From: Novosphingobium sp.
GTDB taxonomy: Bacteria; Pseudomonadota; Alphaproteobacteria; Sphingomonadales; Sphingomonadaceae
Length of the DNA stretch: 64,000 nucleotides
Reading direction: 5' to 3'
Assembly: GCA_046294595.1 (NCBI GenBank)
Contig: JBKBKD010000012.1
Coordinates: 5,864-69,863 of the forward strand
Part shown: positions 43,036 to 51,100 of the stretch, in pieces
How positions within the stretch are numbered: position 1 is the stretch's first letter
How the letters are laid out: each line of letters opens with the position of its first letter
Position numbers and translations under genes: made by a program
The notes under the pieces: generated by a model
The model's database searches: none
What the model was told of the DNA's origin: nothing
What the model saw: the letters and a program-made list of their open reading frames with translations, nothing else

Positions 43036-43473
43036 CTAGGGTCCGTCCGCCGATGTCAGCGCGCGGCTGATCTCGCGGTCGAAAATCGCCTGCTGCTGCG
43101 GGGTCAGCACGGCCCTCATGGCAAAGACATGGGCCAGCGTCGCCTTCTGCAATTCGCCCATCGCCATATGCGATGCATCGACCGCTCCCGTCACTTGCGG
43201 GCCGATCTTGTGCTCGCGCGCGATGGCCTTGGCCAGCGCGATGTTGGCCGCCCGCAACTGCGCGTCCAGACCTGCGCGGGTTCTGGCAAAGTCCTGCTCC
43301 AGCCGCCGGATTTCGCGGTCCTGATCGGGTGTCAGGTCAAGCTTTCCGTGCACGAGCTGGTGCAGTTCGCTGCCATGGCGCGCAGGCATCCAGCCCTGCG
43401 CCAGATGGCTGGCCCCCAGCGCAACCGCGGCGGAAAGCACCGCCACCAGCACATAGCGCAGCACCGGCGCCAT
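43036..43473 (-). CDS. Periplasmic heavy-metal sensor, CnrX/NccX-like
   Basis: N-terminal TM. H38, H42, E59, H115 and M119 have the same spacing as recalled CnrX ligands H42/H46/E63/H119/M123. LRAAN and LQKATLAHVFAMR motifs. Confidence 0.85.
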   Translation of the reverse strand: MAPVLRYVLVAVLSAAVALGASHLAQGWMPARHGSELHQLVHGKLDLTPDQDREIRRLEQDFARTRAGLDAQLRAANIALAKAIAREHKIGPQVTGAVDASHMAMGELQKATLAHVFAMRAVLTPQQQAIFDREISRALTSADGP

Positions 43474-43739
43474 CAGTCCGCCAGAAGGTGCGATGGCGCG
43501 CCCGCCGGAATGCCGAACAGCGGTTCGGCCTGTGCCGGGGCCGATGGCACGACCGAACCGAACGCTCCCACGAACGCGGCCACCAGCAGCGCGGCTGCCA
43601 TCGCGCGCCGTGCGCCTGCCCGCTCGCGCCGTTCCGCCAGCCCGGCAAGGACGCCGCCCTCCAGCGAACCCAGCGCCTCAGGCACCGCCCGGTGGGCCAG
43701 CGCCCCAAGAAGTTCATCAATATCGGCCATGGCCGCCAT
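43473..43739 (-). CDS. Anti-sigma factor, CnrY/NccY-like
   Basis: Small single-TM protein (DIDELLGAL...TM...APSHLL). Its stop overlaps the sensor start. The start may be 43730. Confidence 0.75.
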   Translation of the reverse strand: MAAMADIDELLGALAHRAVPEALGSLEGGVLAGLAERRERAGARRAMAAALLVAAFVGAFGSVVPSAPAQAEPLFGIPAGAPSHLLAD

Positions 43740-43762
43740 ACCCTTGTTCCACCTGCCCCCTA

Positions 43763-43787
43763 TACGCGCCGATGCAGCAAATCCCTC
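43763..43787 (-). promoter_or_regulatory. ECF promoter motif upstream of the anti-sigma operon (autoregulation)
   Basis: Minus strand reads gagggat-ttgctgcatcggcg-cgta(ta). Confidence 0.8.
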
Positions 43788-43811
43788 ATGGCAATTTTCT
43801 GCGCCCTGCAC

Positions 43812-43836
43812 GAGGGATCGGCCAGCGCCCTGCGTA
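43812..43836 (+). promoter_or_regulatory. ECF promoter motif upstream of copC
   Basis: Plus strand reads gagggat-cggccagcgccctg-cgta(at). Confidence 0.8.
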
Positions 43837-43869
43837 ATGCCGGCAGGATCCCGGATGAAAGGACTTCCA

Positions 43870-44241
43870 ATGCGTTTTCTCTCGCTCTTCGCCGCACCGG
43901 CGCTCGCCCTCATCGCCACCCCCGCGCTCGCCCATCCCAAGCTTGTCTCATCAAGCCCGGCGGCAAACACCGCCGTGGCCAAGCCCACCAGGCTGACCCT
44001 GACCTTCTCGGAAGACCTCGTCGCCCCGCTTTCGGGCATCGAACTGGTCATGACCGGAATGCCCGGAATGGCGAACCACGCCCCCATGCCGATCAAGGGC
44101 TTCCAGACCGCCGTTACCGGCAAGGTCCTGACCGTGACCCTGCCCCGCCCGCTTCCCGCGGGCAGCTATGACCTGACCTGGCACGCGGTTGCGGGCGATC
44201 AGCACCGCATCGAAGGCAAATACAGCTTCACCGTCCGCTGA
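43870..44241 (+). CDS. copC: Periplasmic copper-binding protein CopC
   Basis: ALA|HPKLVSSSPA (N-terminal His), Met-rich MTGMPGMANHAPM and W..V..DQH. Confidence 0.93.
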   Translation: MRFLSLFAAPALALIATPALAHPKLVSSSPAANTAVAKPTRLTLTFSEDLVAPLSGIELVMTGMPGMANHAPMPIKGFQTAVTGKVLTVTLPRPLPAGSYDLTWHAVAGDQHRIEGKYSFTVR

Positions 44242-44265
44242 TCGGCCGGAAGGCGGACCGCAAAA

Positions 44266-45111
44266 GTGGAAGGCGAGGGCCTCGTCCTGTCGCGCGCTGC
44301 GGCCTGCCTCGCGCTGCTGATCGTGGCGGGATGGCCGCTTCACCGCCTGCTGCAAAGGCGGCTGCTGTCCGGCATTGAGCGAGCCGGCATGGCAGTTCTG
44401 GCGGTGCTCGCCGCAGCGGCCTCGGCATGGTGGGCACTGGAAAGCGTCGCCGCGATGACCGGCACGGGCATCGCCGCGCTCGATCAGCCAACGGTCGACA
44501 TGGTGCTTGCCGCAACGCCGCTCGGCAAGGTCATGGAATGGCGGCTGGTTGCGCTCTTTGCCGTGATCGCGGCGGCAGCCGCCCCGTTCAAGGCCCTGCG
44601 CCTGCCGGTCACGTCGCTGGCAGGGGCCGCCGCGCTTGCCACCATCGCCTTTACCGGCCACGCGGGGGCAAGCGCGCATGGCCTGCATCGCGCCGCCGAT
44701 GCCCTGCACCTTCTGGCGGGCGCCCTGTGGATTGCCGCACTGGCCAATTTCGCCCTTGCAGCCCTCTCGCGCTCCGGGCCGGACATCCCCGCCCTTGCCG
44801 GATTCAGCCGCACCGGCAGCATCGTCGTCGCCGTGCTGGTGCTGACAGGCATGGCCAACACGCTTGCCATTGCCGGAACGCTCTGGCCACGCCCCGGCCC
44901 ATGGCATGCGCTGCTGGCGCTCAAGCTCGGCCTGTTCGGGCTGATGCTGGCGCTGGCCGCCAACAACCGCTGGCGCGTGGTTCCGGCGCTCGAACGGGCA
45001 CAGCCGCATGCCATGGGCCGCCTGCGCCGCTCGGTGCTCGTCGAACTGGCCGCCGGGCTTGGCGTTGTCGGCATTGTCGCCGTGCTGGGGGTCATCGATC
45101 CGCACGGTTGA
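44266..45111 (+). CDS. copD: Copper resistance inner-membrane protein CopD
   Basis: Multi-TM protein with AFTGHAG, DALHLLAGALW and ALAANNRW. Follows copC. Confidence 0.88.
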   Translation: MEGEGLVLSRAAACLALLIVAGWPLHRLLQRRLLSGIERAGMAVLAVLAAAASAWWALESVAAMTGTGIAALDQPTVDMVLAATPLGKVMEWRLVALFAVIAAAAAPFKALRLPVTSLAGAAALATIAFTGHAGASAHGLHRAADALHLLAGALWIAALANFALAALSRSGPDIPALAGFSRTGSIVVAVLVLTGMANTLAIAGTLWPRPGPWHALLALKLGLFGLMLALAANNRWRVVPALERAQPHAMGRLRRSVLVELAAGLGVVGIVAVLGVIDPHG

Positions 45112-45210
45112 GGCAGATTGGCAATAAAGATTTCCCGCGCGGGTGCTTGACCGCTCCGGGCGATGGCTTAGCTCTCGTTGCGGCAACGACCTGCCCAAGG
45201 GAGAGTGCGA

Positions 45211-45582
45211 ATGTTCAGCCACATTATGGTGGGCGCCAACGATATCGACGCCGCCAAGAAGTTCTACGACGCCACCTTTGCCGCCTTCGGCGGACCGGAA
45301 GCCATCATCGACCCCAAGGGCCGCCTGATCTATCAGCACAACGGCGGCCTGTTCATCGTGACCAAGCCCATCAACGGCGAACCGGCAACCGGCGCCAACG
45401 GCGGCACCATCGGCTTCCGCATGTCGCCCGAACAGGCCAATGCCTGGCATGCGGCAGGCGTGGCCAATGGCGGCACGGCCTGCGAAGACCCGCCCGGCCC
45501 GCGCGAAGGCTCGCCCTATTACCTTGCCTATCTGCGCGATCCGTCGGGCAACAAGCTCTGCGCGCTTGATATCATCGCCTGA
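45211..45582 (+). CDS. VOC family protein
   Basis: MFSHIMVGAND, ANGGTIGF and AYLRDPSGNKLCA. Confidence 0.9.
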   Translation: MFSHIMVGANDIDAAKKFYDATFAAFGGPEAIIDPKGRLIYQHNGGLFIVTKPINGEPATGANGGTIGFRMSPEQANAWHAAGVANGGTACEDPPGPREGSPYYLAYLRDPSGNKLCALDIIA

Positions 45583-45592
45583 CCGGCGAGCG

Positions 45593-45640
45593 CAGGAAAG
45601 CACGGCCACAGGAAAACACGGCCACAGGAAAACACAGGCA
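45593..45640 (+). repeat. 16-bp tandem repeat CAGGAAAACACGGCCA, 3 imperfect copies
   Basis: caggaaagcacggcca caggaaaacacggcca caggaaaacacaggca, immediately before the fghA start. Confidence 0.85.
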
Positions 45641-45641
45641 G

Positions 45642-46493
45642 ATGAGCATCGAAACCGTTTCGGCATCAAAGGCGCATGGCGGAACGCTGGGCGTTTACCG
45701 GCACGCGTCGGCATCGACGGGCACGGGGATGACCTTTTCGGTCTTCCTCCCGCCCGCCGCGGCGCAGCAGGAAAACCTGCCGGTGCTCATCTACCTCTCA
45801 GGGCTGACCTGCACACACGCCAATGTCACCGACAAGGGCGAGTATCGCCGGGCCTGTGCAGAACATGGCCTCGTCTTCGTCGCGCCCGACACATCGCCGC
45901 GCGGCGAAGGCGTGGCCGACGATCCCGATGGCGCCTATGACTTCGGGCTGGGCGCGGGCTTCTATGTCAACGCCACGCAGGAACCCTATGCCGCCCATTA
46001 CCGCATGTGGGACTATATCGCCGAGGAACTGCCCGCGCTGCTCGCGGCAAACTTTCCGGTGGACCCTGGCCGCATGGGGATCACCGGCCATTCGATGGGC
46101 GGTCACGGCGCGCTGACGCTCGGCCTCACCTACCCCGAAAGGTTCCGTTCGCTTTCGGCCTTTGCACCGATCGTCGCGCCGGGACAGGTGCCATGGGGGC
46201 ACAAGGCGCTGGGCGGCTATCTGGGCGATGACCGGGCCGCATGGCGCAGGCACGATGCCGTGGCGCTGATCGAGGACGGCAGGCGTCCCGCGGGCGCGGT
46301 GCTGGTCGATCAGGGCGATGCCGACAGCTTCCTTGCCGAACAGCTTCGCCCCGAACTGCTTGCCGATGCCTGCAAGGCGGCGGGCATCGACCTCACGCTG
46401 AGGATGCAGCCGGGCTACGACCACAGCTACAACTTCATCTCCACCTTCATGGACGATCACATCCGCTGGCACGCGGACCGGCTGAAAGCCTGA
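45642..46493 (+). CDS. fghA: S-formylglutathione hydrolase
   Basis: LSGLTCT, PDTSPRG, GAGFYVNAT, GHSMGGHGAL and YDHSY. Confidence 0.95.
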   Translation: MSIETVSASKAHGGTLGVYRHASASTGTGMTFSVFLPPAAAQQENLPVLIYLSGLTCTHANVTDKGEYRRACAEHGLVFVAPDTSPRGEGVADDPDGAYDFGLGAGFYVNATQEPYAAHYRMWDYIAEELPALLAANFPVDPGRMGITGHSMGGHGALTLGLTYPERFRSLSAFAPIVAPGQVPWGHKALGGYLGDDRAAWRRHDAVALIEDGRRPAGAVLVDQGDADSFLAEQLRPELLADACKAAGIDLTLRMQPGYDHSYNFISTFMDDHIRWHADRLKA

Positions 46494-46532
46494 TCTTCAG
46501 ACAAGCCCTGCCTTCGGACAGGCTCCTGGCCG

Positions 46533-47681
46533 TCAGACAAGCCAGTGCCGCGCCAGCGCGACATGAAGCCGGATGCCGGTTTCCAGCACCGTGTCGTTGA
46601 AATCATAGTGCGGGTTGTGCAGCGGGGCGGCGTGATCTGCTGCGCCCTGCCCCAGCCAGATATAGGCGCCGGGCCGCCGTTGCAGCATGAACGAGAAATC
46701 CTCCGAAGTCGGCGCTGGTTCGGGCGCGAGTTCGGCACGGGCAACCGTGGCGGCAACCGCCAGCGCGTCGGCGGCAGCGGCGGGATCATTGATGGTGGCC
46801 GGATAATAGCGGTCGTAATCCAGCGCGCACTGCACCTCGAAGCTGGCCTCGATGCCCTTCAGCATCGCGCGCATCCGGTCCTCGATCCGGTCCTGCACTG
46901 CCGGATCGAAGGTGCGCACCGTGCCGCTGACCATGACTTCGGCGGGGATCACGTTGTGAGCATGGCCGCCGTGGATCTGCGTTACCGACAGCACCGCACT
47001 GGCCGAAGGCGGCACGTCGCGCGCCACGATGGTGTTGAGCTGCTGCACCAGCGATGCCGCCGCCAGGATGGCATCCGGGCTGTCCTGCGGGATCGCGGCA
47101 TGGCCGCCCTTGCCCGTCAGCGTGATGCGGAACTTGTCCGCCGCGCCCATGATCGGTCCGGGCCGCGTGCTGATCGTGCCCGCCGGAAGCCCCGGCCAGT
47201 TGTGCAGGGCATAGACGCGGTCGCACGCAAAGCGCTCGAACAGCCCATCCTCGATCATCACGCGCGCGCCGCCCTGCCCTTCCTCGGCAGGCTGGAAGAT
47301 GAAGTTCAGCGTCCCGGCAAAATCGGGATCGGCGGCAAGCACGCGCGCCGCGCCCAGCAGCATGGCAACATGGCCGTCATGCCCGCAGCCGTGAAAGGTT
47401 CCGGGTGTGGTGCTGGCCCAGGGCAGGTTCGTCTGTTCATGGATGGGCAGGGCATCCATGTCGGCGCGCAGGCCAAGCGTGCGCGGGCCTTCGCGCCTGC
47501 CCTTCAGCACGCCCACAACCCCGGTCCTGCCGATGCCCTCATGCACCTCAAGGCCCAGCCTTGCGAGTTCCGCCGCGATCACGCGCGCGGTGCGATGCTC
47601 GCTGAAACCCAGTTCGGGATGCGCGTGGATGTCGCGGCGCAGGGCCACCAGATCGGGAACAAGGTCTGCAATCTCAGCCAT
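46533..47681 (-). CDS. M20 aminoacylase/hippurate hydrolase family amidohydrolase
   Basis: HAHPELGF, LRADMDAL, HGCGHDGH, FQPAEE, SEDF and LHNPHYDFND. Confidence 0.92.
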   Translation of the reverse strand: MAEIADLVPDLVALRRDIHAHPELGFSEHRTARVIAAELARLGLEVHEGIGRTGVVGVLKGRREGPRTLGLRADMDALPIHEQTNLPWASTTPGTFHGCGHDGHVAMLLGAARVLAADPDFAGTLNFIFQPAEEGQGGARVMIEDGLFERFACDRVYALHNWPGLPAGTISTRPGPIMGAADKFRITLTGKGGHAAIPQDSPDAILAAASLVQQLNTIVARDVPPSASAVLSVTQIHGGHAHNVIPAEVMVSGTVRTFDPAVQDRIEDRMRAMLKGIEASFEVQCALDYDRYYPATINDPAAAADALAVAATVARAELAPEPAPTSEDFSFMLQRRPGAYIWLGQGAADHAAPLHNPHYDFNDTVLETGIRLHVALARHWLV

Positions 47682-48171
47682 GGTTCTGGCCGAACAGGCT
47701 CTGGATCGGGAACTTCTGCTTGATGAAAGGCGATTTGATGACGATGTAGGAGAAATACTTCTCGATGCCGTAATCGCCTTCCAGCATGCTTTCGATGATC
47801 GACTGATAGTGCGAAACGCCGCGCGTCACGAACTTCAGGAGATAATCATATCCGCCTGAAACCAGATGGCATTCGACGATCTCGTCCAGCTTGACGATGC
47901 GGTTCTCGAACCGGCTGAAATCGCCCTGCCGGTGTTCGCTCAGCGTCACTTCGGTAAAGACGGTCAGGTATTCGCCCAGCTTGTTGAAGTTCACGTGCGC
48001 GCCATAGCCGCTGATGTAGCCCGCCTTCTCCAGCCGCTTGACCCGCGTCAGGCAGGGGCTTGGCGAAAGGCCGACCGCATCGGCCAGTTCCACGTTGGTA
48101 ATTCGCCCCTCCTGCTGGAGCTTGGCCAGGATCTTCAGATCAATCCGGTCGAGCTTTGGTCCCGGCAGCAT
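47674..48171 (-). CDS. Lrp/AsnC family transcriptional regulator
   Basis: LDRIDLKIL, VGLSPSPCLTRVKRLE and VSGGYDYLL. Confidence 0.93.
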   Translation of the reverse strand: MLPGPKLDRIDLKILAKLQQEGRITNVELADAVGLSPSPCLTRVKRLEKAGYISGYGAHVNFNKLGEYLTVFTEVTLSEHRQGDFSRFENRIVKLDEIVECHLVSGGYDYLLKFVTRGVSHYQSIIESMLEGDYGIEKYFSYIVIKSPFIKQKFPIQSLFGQNHG

Positions 48172-48197
48172 GGCAGTTCCCCCTTGTCCGGCTGTGG

Positions 48198-49598
48198 TCA
48201 GGCCGTGTGACAGGCCACGAGCGCAGCCACATCGGGCTGTTCAAGCAGCTGGTCCAGCGATCTTTCCACACGTTCGAAGATCATGTCCATTTCCGCGATC
48301 GTGCAGCACAGCGCCGGCGCGAAGCCCAGCACCGCGTTGGCAAAGCAGCGCACGATAACCCCGTTGGCATATGTCAGCTTCGACAGGCGGCCCCCGATAT
48401 CAAGCGCCGGATCGAAGCCTGACTTCGTCGCCTTGTCGGCCGTCAGCTCGATTGCGCCCAGCATCCCGCGATAGCGCACATCGCCCACCAGCGGGTGCGC
48501 GCGGATGCGTTCCATGTGCCATGCCAGCCGCTCGGCGGTCTTGCGGCCGTTTTCCATCAGGCCGCCTTCGCGGTAAAGCCGCAGGACTTCCAGCGCCACG
48601 GCCGCCGCCACGGGGTGCCCCGAATAGGTCTGGCCATGCCCGATGGGCAGAGCGACCGGGGCTGCATCGGCGATGGTCTGATAGACATGATCGGCCATGA
48701 ACATAGCGCCCATCGGCACATAGCCCGACGTGAGCCCCTTGGCCGTGGTCATGAAATCGGGCGACACATCCTCGTCGAGGCAGGCGAACAGCGGCCCGGT
48801 GCGACCGAAGCCGGTGATGACCTCATCCACCAGCATGAGGATGCCCAGCCGGGTGCACGCCTCGCGCAGGGCCTTGAGCCAGCCGCGCGGCGGCACGATC
48901 ACCCCGCCTGAACCCTGAATGGGTTCGCAGCAGAAGGCGGCCACATTCTCGGCGCCCAGTTCCGCAACCTTCGCCTCCAGCGCGGCAACGGTCGAGGCAA
49001 TCACTGCCGCATCGTCGTGGCCCTGCGGATGGCGATAGGGATAGGGCGATGCAATGTGATGCTGCCACGGGCGCGGCAGATCGAAATTGCGGTGGAAATT
49101 GCCCAGCGCGGTCAGCCCCGCCCCCAGGCTGCTCGATCCGTGATAGCCCCATTCCAGCGCGATGAAGTGCTTCTTCTGGGGCTTCCCGGCCGCGTTCCAG
49201 TAGTGGACGATATAGCGGATCGCGCTGTCCACCGCGTCCGATCCGCCCTGCGTGAAGAACACGTGATCCAGCCCGGCCGGGGCCGCGGCGGTCAGTTCCG
49301 CGGCCAGCCGGATGGCGGGTTCGCTGGCGAAGTGGAAATAGCCAGTGGCATAGGGCAGACGCCGCATCTGCTCTGCCGCCACCTCGACGATGGACTCCTG
49401 TCCATAGCCGACATTGACGCACCACAGCCCGGCAAAGGCATCCAGCAGCGTGTTGCCCGCTGCATCGGTCAGCCACATGCCCTTGCCCTGTTCCAGCACG
49501 ATGGCGCCGTGCTGTTCATGCCCGCGGAACGATGTCACCGAATGGATCAGGTGATCGCGGTCCATGTCGACGAGGGAGCGATTGGTCGGGCTGGTCAT
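48198..49598 (-). CDS. Class III PLP aminotransferase (omega-amino acid/diamine type)
   Basis: DAFAGLWCVNVGYG, EPIQGSGG, DEVITGFGRTG and AKGLTSGY. Confidence 0.93.
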   Translation of the reverse strand: MTSPTNRSLVDMDRDHLIHSVTSFRGHEQHGAIVLEQGKGMWLTDAAGNTLLDAFAGLWCVNVGYGQESIVEVAAEQMRRLPYATGYFHFASEPAIRLAAELTAAAPAGLDHVFFTQGGSDAVDSAIRYIVHYWNAAGKPQKKHFIALEWGYHGSSSLGAGLTALGNFHRNFDLPRPWQHHIASPYPYRHPQGHDDAAVIASTVAALEAKVAELGAENVAAFCCEPIQGSGGVIVPPRGWLKALREACTRLGILMLVDEVITGFGRTGPLFACLDEDVSPDFMTTAKGLTSGYVPMGAMFMADHVYQTIADAAPVALPIGHGQTYSGHPVAAAVALEVLRLYREGGLMENGRKTAERLAWHMERIRAHPLVGDVRYRGMLGAIELTADKATKSGFDPALDIGGRLSKLTYANGVIVRCFANAVLGFAPALCCTIAEMDMIFERVERSLDQLLEQPDVAALVACHTA

Positions 49599-49770
49599 CT
49601 TGGCTGTTCCGTTGTCTGGCAGGTGGCCCAGCCTAGGTCAGCGGCCTTAGCGGCTTTACCCGAATGCACGGCCGTTTGAACCACACCCCGCTTTTGACCG
49701 CAAGGCGCACGGCATAAAATGCCGCTGCCCTTGCGCTCGCGAACGGGCGATGGGGCGGGCCATCAATGCC

Positions 49771-50154
49771 TCACTTCACCGTGAAGGTGGCCAGGGTCTT
49801 GGCCCCGCTCCCCGTGGCCGTCAGGGCGACGACCACTTTCGCGCCCGCCGGAATCTTCAGCCCCGGCGCGGACATCCTGTTGCCTGCCTGCGGCACCAGC
49901 GTTGTCTCTGCCTTGGCTCCCGCTGCGGTCACGATCAGCTTCCCGGCAAAGCCGGACGCTGCCAGCGGCTCGTCCTCTTCGGTGACGTAGACATCCACGC
50001 CCTTGGGCGCGCGGACCAGTTCGATCACGGTCTCGCCCGTCATCGTGACGATCCCGCCATGCTGCGGCTTCATCGAACCATGGGCGCTGGCGGCCACCGG
50101 CAGCGCGATGAGCGAAAGGCCCGCCAATGCAGCGGCAATCTGCTTGATGTTCAT
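49771..50154 (-). CDS. Exported hypothetical protein with N-terminal His (possible metal-binding)
   Basis: Signal peptide ending ASA|HGSMKPQHGG. GGAGA RBS. Confidence 0.75.
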   Translation of the reverse strand: MNIKQIAAALAGLSLIALPVAASAHGSMKPQHGGIVTMTGETVIELVRAPKGVDVYVTEEDEPLAASGFAGKLIVTAAGAKAETTLVPQAGNRMSAPGLKIPAGAKVVVALTATGSGAKTLATFTVK

Positions 50155-50176
50155 GACAATTCTCCCCGAAGCTGGA

Positions 50177-50929
50177 TCATTCCGGCAGGTGCGGCAGCAC
50201 GAACGTCAGCGATGCGCGGTGTTCCATCTGCCTGTATCTGGCCGGATTGTCCGATCCGGTCACAAGGATGCCGACGATCACGTTCAGCCCCTGATTGCGC
50301 ACCGGCAGCGTGACATAGCCCTCCGCGTCGGTCTTGGACGGCCTCTGGTCGGGATCATTCACATAATCGTGCAGGATATCCACGTTGGCTGCGGGCTTGC
50401 CATCATAGAAGGCACGCAACCGGATGGGCTGGCCCATCGACTGCGGAATGAAGTTGTCGGCCGGGATCAGTTGCAGCTTGTGCCCCGGAATGAGCGGGAC
50501 ACCCTTCCTGGGCAACTGGTTGATGTGGACGGCATACTTGAAATTGTGCTCGCTGACCGTGGCGTCCCTGATTTCGTCATGGCCCTTGTTGTGGAACACA
50601 CCGGCGCCGTCCTTGGACCACACGCCATAATCCATGGCGGCGGCCACCACCGCCAGCGGCTCGTCGCTGTCAACCACCGGAATCGCGCCCGCAGCGCGCA
50701 GCGTCGCCGTTGCGGGAAGCCCGTCGGCATCGTAGCCCGCAACCGCAGTGACAAGCGGCATCCGCTTGACCGCGTCCAGATCGTCCGCCCCCACGCCATA
50801 GACCATGGCGAGCTGCTTGGCGCGCTGGGCAAACCAGATCGCATGGGCGCTGGCGGCGGATGAGGCAAGAGCCGTGGCGACAGTGGCCGCAGCAATCACG
50901 GCCGGGAAATAGGAGGAAATCCTGCGCAC
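50177..50929 (-). CDS. DUF4198 family exported protein (Ni/Co uptake-associated)
   Basis: ASA|HAIWF, FYDGKP and KTDAEGYVT. Probable GTG start. Confidence 0.75.
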   Translation of the reverse strand: MRRISSYFPAVIAAATVATALASSAASAHAIWFAQRAKQLAMVYGVGADDLDAVKRMPLVTAVAGYDADGLPATATLRAAGAIPVVDSDEPLAVVAAAMDYGVWSKDGAGVFHNKGHDEIRDATVSEHNFKYAVHINQLPRKGVPLIPGHKLQLIPADNFIPQSMGQPIRLRAFYDGKPAANVDILHDYVNDPDQRPSKTDAEGYVTLPVRNQGLNVIVGILVTGSDNPARYRQMEHRASLTFVLPHLPE

Positions 50930-51100
50930 GATGGTGGCCTTTCGGATGAGCGTTCCGGACTGTTCCGGCATGACAAGAGTATGACTCGCGCCCGGCATTA
51001 TTGCCCGAAAGACAGTGCCAATCGACAGGTTTCCCTGAGGATCGGCGCCCGTGCAGCAGAACTTGTCGGCTTTCTGCACAGGCGCTTTTGCAGCTCCCGC

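Noticed and set aside
39612-45210. Mobile element boundaries around the cop cluster
   Set aside because: No transposase, integrase, tRNA or flanking direct/inverted repeats were recognised.
51005-51020. Sigma54 promoter (TGGCAC) upstream of the DUF4198 gene
   Set aside because: The -12 element reads TTCG rather than TTGC.
51035-51062. Fourth ECF promoter (tgaggatcggcgcc)
   Set aside because: It lacks one G of GAGGGAT, has no CGTA at the required spacing, and points away from the adjacent genes.
50930-51100. Cobalamin riboswitch or NikR operator upstream of DUF4198
   Set aside because: Only fragments are visible (GGGAA, a single GTATGA half-site). No complete B12 box or properly spaced palindrome. 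An Infernal scan would settle it.
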